Shown here: positions 22,301 to 33,915 of the stretch, piece after piece | Layout of the letters: every line of letters begins with the position of its first letter | Position numbering within the stretch: the stretch's first letter is position 1 | NCBI GenBank assembly: GCA_023231475.1 | Contig: JALJEE010000436.1 | Span: 1 to 57,504, forward strand | Length of the DNA: 57,504 bases | Source of the DNA: Seison nebaliae | Lineage: Eukaryota | Direction: 5' to 3' | The notes under the pieces: generated by a model | The model's database searches: none | The model's input: the letters and a program-made list of their open reading frames with translations, nothing else | Told to the model about the DNA's origin: nothing | Made by a program: the position numbers and the translations under genes

Positions 22301-25300
22301 GTGATTTCGAATATCCGATCATAACTATTGGTGAATGAATCGTTTCCAAATCAGTTCTCATATCAAAAATTTCGTTGAACTTCTTGCCGATCAACACAGA
22401 AGAAGATAGATCGATTGATTGTAATAAATCGTTTGAATGGCGAATATTTGAAAATTCCAACATCAATTTCGGACATTTTATCGGGAAATCATCTGAGCAT
22501 TTAATTCCTATTTCTTTCGAAATTCTTTTATTTAATTCATACGCGATCGATACTGATTGGAATGCGAAATTCGAAAGAAATTCACCAGAATTAACATTAA
22601 TTTCTTGTGGTTTCGAAACGGATTTCATTTTATTCTCTCCCGAATCGATAATATTTTGGATGGTTTGTAAAAGTGAATGAAATGCATCAGGAATAGAATG
22701 ATATTGAAATAAATTATTAAATATGACATCGGACGATGAAACGGACAAAGCTGCTTGTCGTTTCAATTCCTTATAAATCGAATTTTCATTATGATCAATT
22801 AATTTCAATTGATTAATTTCATTGAGACAAATTGAGATGAATGATCGGATAGTATTCGAATTAAGAATATGGAAATTATCAACTGATTTTATCAAATCAT
22901 TCGATAACTTAATTAATAAATCATTTATGATTCGATTGTCTAAATTCTCATAAATTTTCGGACGTTTCATATAATATCGATTGATCTTTTGAATTATATC
23001 ATCAAAAATATGATTATTCAACGTTAATCGATTTTTGTACAATTCCAAAATAATTTGAGTTAATCCAGAACTCATCATTTCTTTCGTCATACAATTACTA
23101 TAATCTGGTGACAACCAACCATTATTCATATCACAATATCGATAAATTTTCCCAATCGAAGTCGTTATTGGACATGAGATTGTTGCCAATAATCCCAAAT
23201 TTGTTCTGGGCCAAATCTGTTCTCGATTATCTCTTTCTCGTGGACAGGCATTTCTGATGGATATACAACCGGCACCAGTTTCTGATAATTCCATCCACTT
23301 ATTCAAACATGAATCACATCGTCTTCCAACAACGCCTGATTTACAGGAGCAGGAACCATTATAACGATTACATATCATCGAATGACTTCCATACAAATGA
23401 CAATTACATGACGAGCATTCATTTAATGAACTTTCATAAAATCCATCACGACATTTACATTTGAAATTATCATTATTAATTTCATTTTTTAAAAATAATG
23501 ATGATGATGATGTTAAATCACATTCTTTCTCAAATCCACGATTCCAATCACATTGACATTGTCGACAGAAATTGATATTCTTGTCTTTTAGATTGACGTA
23601 GACGTAGAAATTATTTGGAGATCTCAATTCTCCATTTGTCCAATAATTCCGATCACATAACTTTGGTAATTCCATATCACACAATCTTCCGAACCATCCC
23701 AATTTACAATTACATGAAAATAATTCATTTTCACTACTTTCACAACGTCCATGTGCTCCACAGACGTTTGTATTTCTATCACAAATATGTTCGTTACATT
23801 GATTTCCAAACCATCCGATTTTGCAAAAACATTCAATTTTCTTTTCTTTCTCGTTATAACTACTGATAATATCACAACTCTGAGTATTCTTTCCACTACA
23901 ATACTTCCCACAATATTCGAACGTTTTCATTGAATAAGTGGAGAAATATTGGAGGAATTTCGATGGTTCATTCAATTTTGTTTCTTGATAAATATTCGTC
24001 TTCCAATTCTTCTCACAAATTCGATTTCCTTCCCAATCTAATGTTAAATTCGAATGTTTCATAACGACAGATGATGATGTCAATAGATTGATTTGACTGC
24101 CATCCATTATCTCAATATTAGAGAGACAAAACAAATTTTTCAAGTAAATATTCGGATCAAAATTTAAAGAGGACATTGACATACTGATGGGAAAATTGAA
24201 AGGACAACGAATCATTAAATGTCTGTCATAATTTAAAGTGATTTGTAAGAATTGATGGAAAAATTCCAATTGTATATGATGCCAATTATTGTCATTTGTG
24301 AGATAATAGGAATAATAACATCGTTTCAAATGACGTCTGTTACTTTGAGAGAATAACAACAATCCATTTTCCAATTCACCTAAAACTGTATATTGTTTAT
24401 CTGATTGACTTTCTAATACGAGACTGAACATTCTGGACGATTTAATTGAACTTTTGAAATTGAATGAAAGTGTCACGGGCAAATTCCATAAAACATTCTC
24501 ACGAATCGAATAGGTAAGAAATGAGGAGAATTTAGAGAAAGCAAAAAATGTTTCATTTTTCAAATTTACTTTACATTGTGGACCGATTGATGGATATTTA
24601 CAATTCTCACAAACGAACTTTTCTGATAGAGAACTTGTTTTCTTTTGCGATTGACAATTGTCGAACGATTGAATCGATTTGGTTGAATAGATGACATTGG
24701 GAGAATCTCGTTTACATTCCCGATCGTTTATTTCTTTGAGATCAGGCCACAAAACATTTTTCTTCGAATTTAAAATTATTCTATTTCCATTAATTTCTAT
24801 ATTTCCAATACAACCGATAAATATCGGTTGATAAGTTTTCAAATAGTTTTCTGGTGTTACACCGAAAATATGTGGCGATATGGGAATGAATGAAATTGAA
24901 TTGAAATTCTTATTTAGTTTCTTCAAATCAATTTCAATAATTTCATCTTTCTCATTCGACGTACATTGTTCTCCAACCTTCCACAATGAGCATGAAGAAA
25001 TTTGATTTGTTAATGTTATTTTTAGAAATTGCTTTTGAAAATTAATTCGAAGAAAATGAACATGATTTCTCAGAACCACAATCTTTGGATGAACTTCTTC
25101 AAATTCATTAATTCTTATTGTTAATTGAGATCTACTTAAAAATATTTCGAATCTTCCATATATTCTTAAGTTGGTGGAATATAACATGGCGTCCGGTCGT
25201 ACCGAATGGAACCAAAAGAATAAATCTCTCAATTTCTCATAATTCGATTGAATTCCAATCGAATTATTAATAAACGATAAAGAGTTTTGTGTACAAGTTC

Positions 25301-28300
25301 TTGATGAGATTGAATTAAATTCATTAATTTTCGTCGTTGATGATTGAATTGGTGTGAATTCATTAATTAATGGACATTTTATACAAATAATTCCACCAAT
25401 TATTCGATTTCGACATATCGACGGCGATTCACACTCATCTTTCAATAATCGATTTTTATTCATGATTGATTTGGTGGTACATTTATCATTATCAATATCG
25501 AATTCACATCGTCTTCCCACAAATTTCCCTTTTCCACAATGACAGACATATAATTGAGATTTGTCGGTGATACACGTCCCATTGTTGAGACAAGGGAAAC
25601 TTAAACAAGGATTTTTCAGTTTTCCAATTCGTTCTTGTTTCGACAATTTTATCGATTGTAAAGGAAGAAAACTTATCAGATTATCTTTATCCTTCATTTC
25701 CATTATGGAGGATTTTGTTGTTAATTGTGAAGAAATTGATTTGGATCTCCCAAAATATTCATCATCGTCATCAAAGAATTGTTCTTGACACATTTCATTC
25801 GAATAGATCGATCCAGATAATTTCTTTTCTATCGTCAAAGACTTCAAACACTTATTCGAATTTCCGAGAGATAATCGTTGGAAATAATTGAAGAGAATAA
25901 TATGACGTAAGTCATTCCCACCACGAAATTGATTGTTCTCATGTAAATAATGTGCAAAATCGATAAGATATTCAAAATTATCGACCGATCGAAAATTAAT
26001 AATTAAGATATTTTTGAAATCGTTTTTTTCATTCATTAAAATTTCTAATTCTTTCCAAATCTGATAAAATACATGAGTTGTGGTATGATAACATTCTTTC
26101 TTCCAACCCACTCGAATTGATAAGGAAATTGATGATAAATTTTCCTGATTATTATTATAAATTCCGATCAAAATCGATGCATTACCAATATTTTGATGAA
26201 TACCGTCTGATACGATATACTGGAAAGTTTTCGAATAATAAGAAATCTTCTTCATTTCATTCTTTTTCAATTGTTCTGAAGTAGAAATGATAAATAATTG
26301 TCCTGTCAATGAATCTAACGTGACAATGTTACTAATTGATGAATCGATCAATTGATAATTTAGTGTATCATTAACATCGATATCTGATGAATATAATCGA
26401 CCGATCGATTTGGTTAATGAATGACAATTATGATCAATGAAATTGATGAATGTGATATTGGTGAATGGAATAATCGGCGAATTGTCGTTAATGTCCAATA
26501 AATGAATAAAAATTCTTAATGATGAAACTAAATTTTGTGATCGAGCTCTTATATCGATAATTTGCCATATCGATTCTTCCGTTTCATTATTCAATTGTTC
26601 ATAATCAGCGACGGTGGATAAAATTAAATAAAAATTTTCATTTCCATCATTAATTCCATCATCAATATCATCATTAATTTTATTTAATAATAGAACTGAA
26701 TTAACAGACAAATTCGTGCGAGTTTTAAAAATATAAAATAATTTATCGCCATTTTGATCGATGGGATTGGAGAGAATATCATAAGAGATGGCACGATTCT
26801 CATCTAATCGATCCGCATCAGTTGCATTCAATTTGAATAATATCGTATTATTCTCCTCATGTTCACGAAGATACAAATGGAGTATATCGATATTAAATTG
26901 TGGAGAATTGTCATTGACATCATTGATATTTACAATTAATGGTAAACTGGTCTGATGAACGGAATCATCCGCCATAATATGTAGTAAATATATTTGACAT
27001 TTCTCATAATCGATCTCTTCATCTGATGATGTTCGAAGGATTCCATTAGTCGAATGAATGTGGAAATATTTCATAGAAATATTCGGCAAACAACATTTCT
27101 CAATATCATTCTCAATTGTCAATTTCTTACAGAGATCATCATGTCTGTCATTTCCGAATGAATTGGAGGGAGATATTTTGAAATTGATTGTCGGTTTCAT
27201 ATCCTCATCGATTGCTATTAGTTTAGCAATGCGTTTATTGAAGCCTAAATTCTCGTCAATCGCTATCGATTTACTCTCGATTAATTTCTGATCAAATAAA
27301 TTATTGATGAATTTTGGAGCATTATCATTCGTATCGTTCACTTTAATGGTGATCTTATACGATGAATTTCTTATTGGATAACCATCGTCAATTATCAAAA
27401 TATTCAATTGATATTCATCAATTAATTCTCGATCAACTTTCTCTTTCAATGATATTACTCCAGTATTCTTATGTAATTTGAACGGATAATGAACAAAACC
27501 AACTGTTGACATGACAGATAAGATTTTGAATGAAAATTTCGTTGACTTCTTATCTTCATCAATTGCTTTCAATTGACAAATTGGTAAATTGATTGCCAAA
27601 TTTTCGATTAAGGAACATTTGAAATTTTTGGGTTCAATTAATTTCGGTGAATGTTCATTCAATTCGTGAATATCGATCCGAACTGAAATTCGATCATGAA
27701 ATATTCCATCATTCAATTCCAATTGGAATAAATAGAAATTTTTCTTTTCCGTCAATTTTTCATAATTCACATAAAGATTCACATATGTCTTCATTTCCGT
27801 TGTTTGCTGAGAAACTTTTATGAAAAATGCTTTCAAATTAAAACCATCATCATTATCATTATCGTCGTTACCATTCGTAATTTGTGCAGTTAATGTAGAT
27901 GATAAATCATTATCAGCAACTAACAACGAGGAAATTAATTCGTTAGATTTCTGTTTACGATTAATTGAGAATCGACGGAATCTGTCGCCCATAAATCGAG
28001 GTGGATTATCATTAATATCAGAAATCGATATTTGTATCGATAAGCTACTTTTCAAAGGATTTGGTAGACCATTGTCCGAGCAGATAACGTCGAATGAATA
28101 AAAATCACATTTTTCTCGATCAATTTGTTTCACGATGAAAATCTCACCAGTTTCTTTATTAATTCCAAACGTCGATGAATGACAATCATTTCCATTAGAT
28201 TGGTGTTTAATATAATACGATAATTTTGAATTTCGACCATTATCTTTATCCTCACCTTTCACTTGAGCGATTACTTGATTGATTGGCATATTCTCTTTCA

Positions 28301-29558
28301 ATAGTATCACCATCTGTTTATGTACTTTATCATCTTTCTCAGTTGATAATAAAGGAAAATTTGTCAAGAGTTTCATTGAAGGATAATTATCATTGATATC
28401 TTCAATATCGATCATTAATGTCGTCGAATTATGGAGATGAGATAAGGATGATAAATAATTATTCCAATTCATCAAATTATCTTTCTGCTCTTCCTCCATT
28501 AAATCGATAGCGATCAAATTGAAAATTAATCGATTCCCATCAATTTCACGATCGAATGATTTCATCAAATCAATACTAAATTTGAATTTATTAAATTTCA
28601 ACGATTTCTCCACCGATTGAAATCGACTAATTAATTGATTAGATAATCGATGAGTTCTATGGTCAATAATGAAAAGATGGATATTTTTCGACGATTCGAA
28701 AGTATCACAATCGAAAACAGTCAAATGGAATAAAGTATTCTTCTCATGAACTAATGTCTCTTCCTGTACATGCACTTGATAAGGTGCAAACATATCGAAA
28801 TATGGTTCTTCATCATTCAAATCGATAATATTAATAATCAATAGAATATCCAAATATAATTGTCGTTCGTTGATGGAATTATCAGATATTCTTAATAATT
28901 GTCGATATTCATTCTGTTTCTCATAATCTCCAATATTCTTCGAATAAATATGTCCGGAAAACTTATCGATATCAAACATTGAATTTTTCGATAGGAATTC
29001 ATAAGTCAAATTCGCATTTGGACCAATATCGTAATCGTCAGCGTCGACGTTTCCGATGAATGTAAATTTCGGGGAATTTTCTCGAATAAAAAAATTTAAT
29101 GACTGATACTCCTTTTCTTCTCCGTCGATGAGAATTTTGATCTTTTTATGATAATTATTCGAATGTGTATCCAACGAGAGTTGTGGGGCGTTATCGTTGA
29201 TATCATTAATGATGATTTCGATTCGATAATTTCGTTTGTTTGTTTTAAACTCATTATAATGAGCAAGATTATTGATCGGATAAGATTTGGCGAGAAAACA
29301 ATGATAATGGAAACTCTCACGATCAATTCTTGCTGTTGTTTTCACTTCACCTGTCGTTGAATTCAAATGGAATAATGGCATCGAATATAAATTCTGACAT
29401 ACTGTCCAAGAGAAAACTTGACGTTTTCCTAATCCTATTGAAATATTTCCGATGGACGTACCTATCGGCATTTCCTCGTCGACAATCCATTTGAGTGTTG
29501 TTTCTTGTGAATAAGTTTGTAGCGAGGTCACTAACAACGAGAAGATGAATATCCACAT
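19353..29558 (-). CDS. CELSR: Flamingo/CELSR cadherin EGF LAG seven-pass adhesion GPCR (single coding exon)
   Basis: Signal peptide from M17 (ATG 29558), about 9 cadherin repeats (DRE, DxNDNxP), EGF and laminin-G regions, laminin-EGF (CNCHLYGS...GRRCDSC), HRM (CP...WPRT...C...GW), degenerate GPS, 7TM-like region and long cytoplasmic tail. Confidence 0.95.
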   Translation of the reverse strand: MWIFIFSLLVTSLQTYSQETTLKWIVDEEMPIGTSIGNISIGLGKRQVFSWTVCQNLYSMPLFHLNSTTGEVKTTARIDRESFHYHCFLAKSYPINNLAHYNEFKTNKRNYRIEIIINDINDNAPQLSLDTHSNNYHKKIKILIDGEEKEYQSLNFFIRENSPKFTFIGNVDADDYDIGPNANLTYEFLSKNSMFDIDKFSGHIYSKNIGDYEKQNEYRQLLRISDNSINERQLYLDILLIINIIDLNDEEPYFDMFAPYQVHVQEETLVHEKNTLFHLTVFDCDTFESSKNIHLFIIDHRTHRLSNQLISRFQSVEKSLKFNKFKFSIDLMKSFDREIDGNRLIFNLIAIDLMEEEQKDNLMNWNNYLSSLSHLHNSTTLMIDIEDINDNYPSMKLLTNFPLLSTEKDDKVHKQMVILLKENMPINQVIAQVKGEDKDNGRNSKLSYYIKHQSNGNDCHSSTFGINKETGEIFIVKQIDREKCDFYSFDVICSDNGLPNPLKSSLSIQISISDINDNPPRFMGDRFRRFSINRKQKSNELISSLLVADNDLSSTLTAQITNGNDDNDNDDGFNLKAFFIKVSQQTTEMKTYVNLYVNYEKLTEKKNFYLFQLELNDGIFHDRISVRIDIHELNEHSPKLIEPKNFKCSLIENLAINLPICQLKAIDEDKKSTKFSFKILSVMSTVGFVHYPFKLHKNTGVISLKEKVDRELIDEYQLNILIIDDGYPIRNSSYKITIKVNDTNDNAPKFINNLFDQKLIESKSIAIDENLGFNKRIAKLIAIDEDMKPTINFKISPSNSFGNDRHDDLCKKLTIENDIEKCCLPNISMKYFHIHSTNGILRTSSDEEIDYEKCQIYLLHIMADDSVHQTSLPLIVNINDVNDNSPQFNIDILHLYLREHEENNTILFKLNATDADRLDENRAISYDILSNPIDQNGDKLFYIFKTRTNLSVNSVLLLNKINDDIDDGINDGNENFYLILSTVADYEQLNNETEESIWQIIDIRARSQNLVSSLRIFIHLLDINDNSPIIPFTNITFINFIDHNCHSLTKSIGRLYSSDIDVNDTLNYQLIDSSISNIVTLDSLTGQLFIISTSEQLKKNEMKKISYYSKTFQYIVSDGIHQNIGNASILIGIYNNNQENLSSISLSIRVGWKKECYHTTTHVFYQIWKELEILMNEKNDFKNILIINFRSVDNFEYLIDFAHYLHENNQFRGGNDLRHIILFNYFQRLSLGNSNKCLKSLTIEKKLSGSIYSNEMCQEQFFDDDDEYFGRSKSISSQLTTKSSIMEMKDKDNLISFLPLQSIKLSKQERIGKLKNPCLSFPCLNNGTCITDKSQLYVCHCGKGKFVGRRCEFDIDNDKCTTKSIMNKNRLLKDECESPSICRNRIIGGIICIKCPLINEFTPIQSSTTKINEFNSISSRTCTQNSLSFINNSIGIQSNYEKLRDLFFWFHSVRPDAMLYSTNLRIYGRFEIFLSRSQLTIRINEFEEVHPKIVVLRNHVHFLRINFQKQFLKITLTNQISSCSLWKVGEQCTSNEKDEIIEIDLKKLNKNFNSISFIPISPHIFGVTPENYLKTYQPIFIGCIGNIEINGNRIILNSKKNVLWPDLKEINDRECKRDSPNVIYSTKSIQSFDNCQSQKKTSSLSEKFVCENCKYPSIGPQCKVNLKNETFFAFSKFSSFLTYSIRENVLWNLPVTLSFNFKSSIKSSRMFSLVLESQSDKQYTVLGELENGLLLFSQSNRRHLKRCYYSYYLTNDNNWHHIQLEFFHQFLQITLNYDRHLMIRCPFNFPISMSMSSLNFDPNIYLKNLFCLSNIEIMDGSQINLLTSSSVVMKHSNLTLDWEGNRICEKNWKTNIYQETKLNEPSKFLQYFSTYSMKTFEYCGKYCSGKNTQSCDIISSYNEKEKKIECFCKIGWFGNQCNEHICDRNTNVCGAHGRCESSENELFSCNCKLGWFGRLCDMELPKLCDRNYWTNGELRSPNNFYVYVNLKDKNINFCRQCQCDWNRGFEKECDLTSSSSLFLKNEINNDNFKCKCRDGFYESSLNECSSCNCHLYGSHSMICNRYNGSCSCKSGVVGRRCDSCLNKWMELSETGAGCISIRNACPRERDNREQIWPRTNLGLLATISCPITTSIGKIYRYCDMNNGWLSPDYSNCMTKEMMSSGLTQIILELYKNRLTLNNHIFDDIIQKINRYYMKRPKIYENLDNRIINDLLIKLSNDLIKSVDNFHILNSNTIRSFISICLNEINQLKLIDHNENSIYKELKRQAALSVSSSDVIFNNLFQYHSIPDAFHSLLQTIQNIIDSGENKMKSVSKPQEINVNSGEFLSNFAFQSVSIAYELNKRISKEIGIKCSDDFPIKCPKLMLEFSNIRHSNDLLQSIDLSSSVLIGKKFNEIFDMRTDLETIHSPIVMIGYSKSLDWQRLLVKVKFHDIVIPSPWQNIFMNHSRTIQSYSSIHINSPMNSWRKDMEQFINCGIWNEKSMKWNKEKCEIEKISNIKFLPSNNLSISIQCKCKIEDNSKIFRENFTDNPNRQQYSSGSATPFLLIGIISWNQSPLEISENFLLDFVILVIGCICSLILFVISLILNKVLGTNSINSGKKSQMKFEPMSIRIYLLRYFLISILFYLFIDTSIISVHNHHDNIWMKYIYLIITILLHYFLISIFIWIFIEIILVYYLTTITNHCETFSITSSSATPSTITTTPLSISNEKDNQQQQQEQQQKAKKNEINENEKKLDDKKRSIMILLFFIFLLPLIYSIICFLVNRDEYPNNNHLSIPFFPISNITLSSLDSIGLSLYNLTIIIPILLFSLVSLIIICILYVKGKRTTDKENDNKLKLMNIGKNYLILLLLYILMIITMILSSKNSQQQQYSNENGYYKVFTSKFWYISVIVILTIIHMIFDLWSNRLSRSRLIWYYTCLSTHFTTGLCNRELRKCFKKRRNTSKPSYYSNGNRSNFNHISNERKDEMTKNYLPHPNYSINLSEAAKLRVVSDDYYVSSLSNDETQVSNDRTATPPEEDLMMMLDHPDGNNYQYNPANNHEGQNREGEQEQQSTSFFNQLSNVYYEGDDYKKSINQQITASVVPQMHYNHNSYEHPYNQIKQTSRRNGEMKLARNIVLSPNRRDTIASSINSITTIDKKYPTKNDSSSTLQVAAIRAINNANSSSYAQPNRLINRHTIERNSDHRSTIDRIDTFNQSLPFDAVTPMNSVKQNASKMNMTPDKNIRFSQNHRNGQPATRLTPLSELAKKLNRSEEYLNSPWIDQSNQLNCSAVTTGAFGMSSTTSSSASKYRSQRKCRNYEAVFDEQSSHNITATLTGSKSSLSQPIEVRFASDLTQISPSGRLATKRLSRANYARQQQEILNIDSSTTDSDSFHLPNSPQRRSSTETMIPHLNFINNGCDV

Positions 29559-30779
29559 TCTCAGAAGTGAAAAGTGTGAAATTGTTCCACTTTGATAAAT
29601 TATCATGTTCGTCTTGAAAAATTACGAATTGTCGTCTTATAAATATTAATAGATTTCTTCTAACAATTTCTTCCCATCTACAAATTGATGAGTTAGTCGC
29701 AGAGAATGTATTTGGAGAATGATTCGAGTACCATTGGAAGAAGGACGACAAATATGTCTGATAGTAATTGAGCATTATTTAAGCTTTTTATCCACACCCA
29801 TTTCTTACACATCAGCCAATTGTCGTAGTTGATCTGAACAATTTGGTAGTTATTCGGCTAGTATTCGAGACAAACAAACTGTTTGTCTTTTCTATTTTAA
29901 AGGAGAAAAGAAAATTGAAGAAGAATTTATGAGAAACTTATATTTGGATATATATTTATCGAGATCTCTTCATCCACTTCCCAGAATGTGGATATGGGAT
30001 GGGTGTGGTGGATACGTGAAAATGTATGTGCGTGAATGTGTGTGTGAAAGGGGCGAATTATGTAAATTAAAATTCTTCTGTTTCTTCTTCAAAATCTCAA
30101 TGAAACTAGGAAAACATTCATTATTATTAGCTATGAGTGTCATCTTCCCAATGTCGTTCAAACACTTAACGAATTGAAGCGATATGAGAGAACGAAATTA
30201 GGAGAATTTTAACAGAAAACCTCATCCAAACAAAAACAATCAAATCTTCAACTGATTGACATGAATTCATCACTTAAACATTTTCAATTCTCATTTCAAA
30301 ATCTGAACTTTCACTATACTTAAGAAGTATCAACAATCCCATTGAAACGGTTTTTTCTTCGAACTATCAGGAACTTTCGGAATTTCTTAAAAAAAGTAAT
30401 TTCCGTTTTTTTCGGCTGTTGTTATGAACAACCGTCTATTCGTTTCTGCTCCTTCATCGATTAGAGGTCATAGAGAATGTTGGGAAAATGTGGTTAACCA
30501 CACGGTAAATAGATACCATAAATGATGTCTTTATATCGATAAATTGCGATAACTTACACTCATTGTGTGTATAATAGGTTCTGAAAAAGAGTACAAGTTC
30601 TCATCATCACTTATAGAAGAATGAGTTCCATGTATATGTAGTTAAAGGAATAATAGTACAAATAAAGTAACATCGGATTAATTGATTGCATATTGTTTAC
30701 ACTCCGGCTTTCTACACGAATATTTTCTTTATTCCTTTCCTTTCGGAGAGTAGAATGAATAATATCTTTCTGAATCAAT

Positions 30780-31200
30780 AATCTCGGTCATTGTAAACAG
30801 ATACATATGGCATATTGAAGGCATTCCTGACTATCCTAATCACTTCGATGAAAGAAGTCATCGATAAATATAAGATGATGACGGTCAGAAGAGAAATTTG
30901 TGTCGAGAGGAATTATGTCAAATTACACTGACGAAATAATTAAATACAATTGGAATCTGGTCGGTCGCCTACCGCTACCCATTAAAGTAATCATGGAAGA
31001 ATTAAGAACAAAAACTATCGGCGATACCATAAAGAAAATAATATCAGGGAAGCGGACATACCCCCAACTAGTTAGAACATCATAATTGGATGAATTATAT
31101 TCCTTACCTAACCGTTTTCGATTGTATAAGATCCCTCTAGAATAATAGAAATTCCAATGAACCAAAATCAATTTGCCACATTCAGGTAAGTGGAAGAGAA
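30780..31200 (+). mobile_element. possible heavily decayed retroelement C-terminal fragment
   Basis: Broken frames (TYGILKAF...; LVGRLPLPIKVIMEE) loosely resemble post-RT regions of LINEs; many stops. Confidence 0.2.
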
Positions 31201-33915
31201 GAGCGAACAGGAGCGAAAGAGAAAAGAGAGAGAAAATCAAAACAATGAGACAATTATGAAAATTATACATTTCAAACGGGATTTCTGTCGTCGCTCCAAC
31301 GAGAAAAACATAAACCGCGACCAGGAATGTTTAAATAAATTCATACTGTGTCAGACAATCCCTGAGGAAATAGATTTTCCTTTTCCCTCTTTCCCACTAC
31401 ATAAAAAGGAGATTTTTTTTTCAAAAAAATATAAGTTCCTAATATAACATAGTCTCATTGATTCCGTCTCTACCGAACTTTCAAGTTCCATTTTCCCAAC
31501 CACCACCAGCTACTTAAATATTTTAGTAAACAACGAAACATAGATTTCTCGAATAGATACTATATCAAAGATGAAAGATAGAGAGAAAACAGGATATGGT
31601 TAATTCACTTAACTCTTCATCAAATGGACAATAGAGAAGGACATGTCATGTTAACTAAAAGTGAGAAAGAAAGAATTGGGTGGGGAGAAAATAAAACGGT
31701 TTTATAAAGTGAAAAAATAAACTTTTTCTTTCATATGAAACTTCCAAATGGTTAAAGAATTTCTCAAAAATAATGTTTGTTTTCTATGAATTGTGATTTT
31801 CTCTTTATACATTTTTCGGTCTCACGTCAGATACGGTCTCGAATGAATGAATAGTATCATAATTCAATTTTCTTTACTCTAAACAATTATCAGTTTTATT
31901 GCAATTGAAGCAATTATTTGTACGTATATCGATTATTTTTCTTCGATTATATCGAAAAAATTGTAGGAGTGTTGAGCAGAGAATTTGGAAACAAATCAAT
32001 TTTTCTTCTTTCACAAAAATTAATAATTTCTTTTCTTTTCCTGTCTCGACTATAATGACAATTATCATTATCATAGAGTGAAGCTTTTCGTCTATTTGTA
32101 TGATAAATTGCATTAAAATTGGTTTTTTTCACCACACATGCCATCGATCAATTGGCGAAATAATTAGAGATAAATATGAAGGATCAAATTTGAGGAAACA
32201 GGTTAAGCCATCCACTTCACGAAAGGAATTAGAGGAGGAAGGTGGAGAACGGAAAGAAAGATTAAAAGTGCATTTTTTTCTTCTTCTAACTTGTTTGGAA
32301 GACAAAGAATAAAAAGGAAAATGTTAAAAATTGAACGTACGTTGTACACCATTTAACAAATTTCTGATGTACATTGGACGATGGTCAATGAGATAATTGT
32401 CCATTAGATTTTTATCTAATTGTCTATTTAAGAGATTGATAAGATTAATTAAAGAAATGACTTGTAATGGTAATATAGGAGAAATATCGTCATCTGATTA
32501 GAGACTAGTCATTTAGAGAGACAGATTAAATGTCATGGGAAACGGAATCTCTTAAGAGAAAGTTGAGAGAAATTTGAGAGAAAATATTCGTTCCTTTTCC
32601 TCTCTCATTTCATTATTAGCATGTGATTAAACATCGATTTTTTTCCCCTTCTACTTTTACCTCATCTATAAACATTCGAATATCTGATACTATAACCAAT
32701 TCAACCACTCTACTTCTTCCTAAATCGACATATCAGTTAGACTGTAAGCGGAAATTGAGCAGGACGGCACCTGAGTTTATTTTGACAATCGTTCCTCTAA
32801 CTTTTAGGCGATGGAAGTATTAAATACGGAACTAATTGTACGCTCAATAAGCATACAAGAAAAAATTAGTAAAATTACAAATGCATTCTTCAATATTACC
32901 AATATATTTATTATTTTTATTGAGTAGTAACTACGAGAAGATTGTTTAGGTACTTCTCTCCTTTTTCATGTTTGGAAGAAGATGTAGTGAATTCTAATAC
33001 TTCAAAATCATTCCATAATTTCCGACAATATTCTACATAATCGAATTCGCCAAATCATTGTACGGTTGTCGTCGACTGATGGTTAACCATTAAACGATGG
33101 TTTGGAATGTTAATTTGATTTGTTAAAGAATTGTTACACTTACTTCATGCAAATACCACATTGTGCATTTCGGGAGAACAAGTGCGATAATCTAATTGTA
33201 TGACAAGCACAGAAAGAAAGGAAGAACTATATTCCGACAATTATATCCTCCAAATCCTTTTATCAAAAACATGAAAAATGCAATTTATTTATTTAATTCA
33301 TTTTATGGGATAATGATATCATTCTGCTAATTTTGTATATTATCCATCAGTTTTCGTATCGTAACAAGAATTTTTTCGTAATTTCTTGCATCAATGAAAT
33401 AGGAACAATTATAATTGATATTAATAAATATAAAGAAGATACGATAATGCAAAGTTCAAATGGAACGAAGAGAAATACCTTATGGCAATTTTCCTCATTA
33501 AATCCGATGCGTACTTTTGTCATATTATAGCGATAGTAACCGCAAATGAAATCCTTGAAAGATATCCCCATTTTTTCCAATTATAATTTCAATGAAGAAG
33601 TTAATGGATTGGAAAATTATTAGATATGAAACCTCCCAAGAAGTTGTACATACAGAACAAAATAAAAGAATATCTAATAAAATCATTAAATAAATCGACT
33701 TAAACAAATCTAATTGAAATAATAGAATAATAGTATTATGATTTTCAACCTGTTATTGAACTATATTTGTCGAGTTTAATAATGTTTAATTTCTGCTGCG
33801 GAAAATACATTTCAAGATGGACTTACAAGATTGTCAGAGATATATTGTCTTTCAAGATGAATTGAATAATTTCTGTTGAATTTCTGATTTTAATTTTGTT
33901 TCTGCTTTTTCGTCG

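Noticed and set aside
19526..29775. Many short ORFs antisense to or in alternate frames of CELSR
   Set aside because: Shadow ORFs of a long coding exon with no independent motifs.
30418..30432. X-box-like GTTGTT-ATG-AACAAC upstream of CELSR
   Set aside because: Three-base spacer and unknown TSS; too weak to call.
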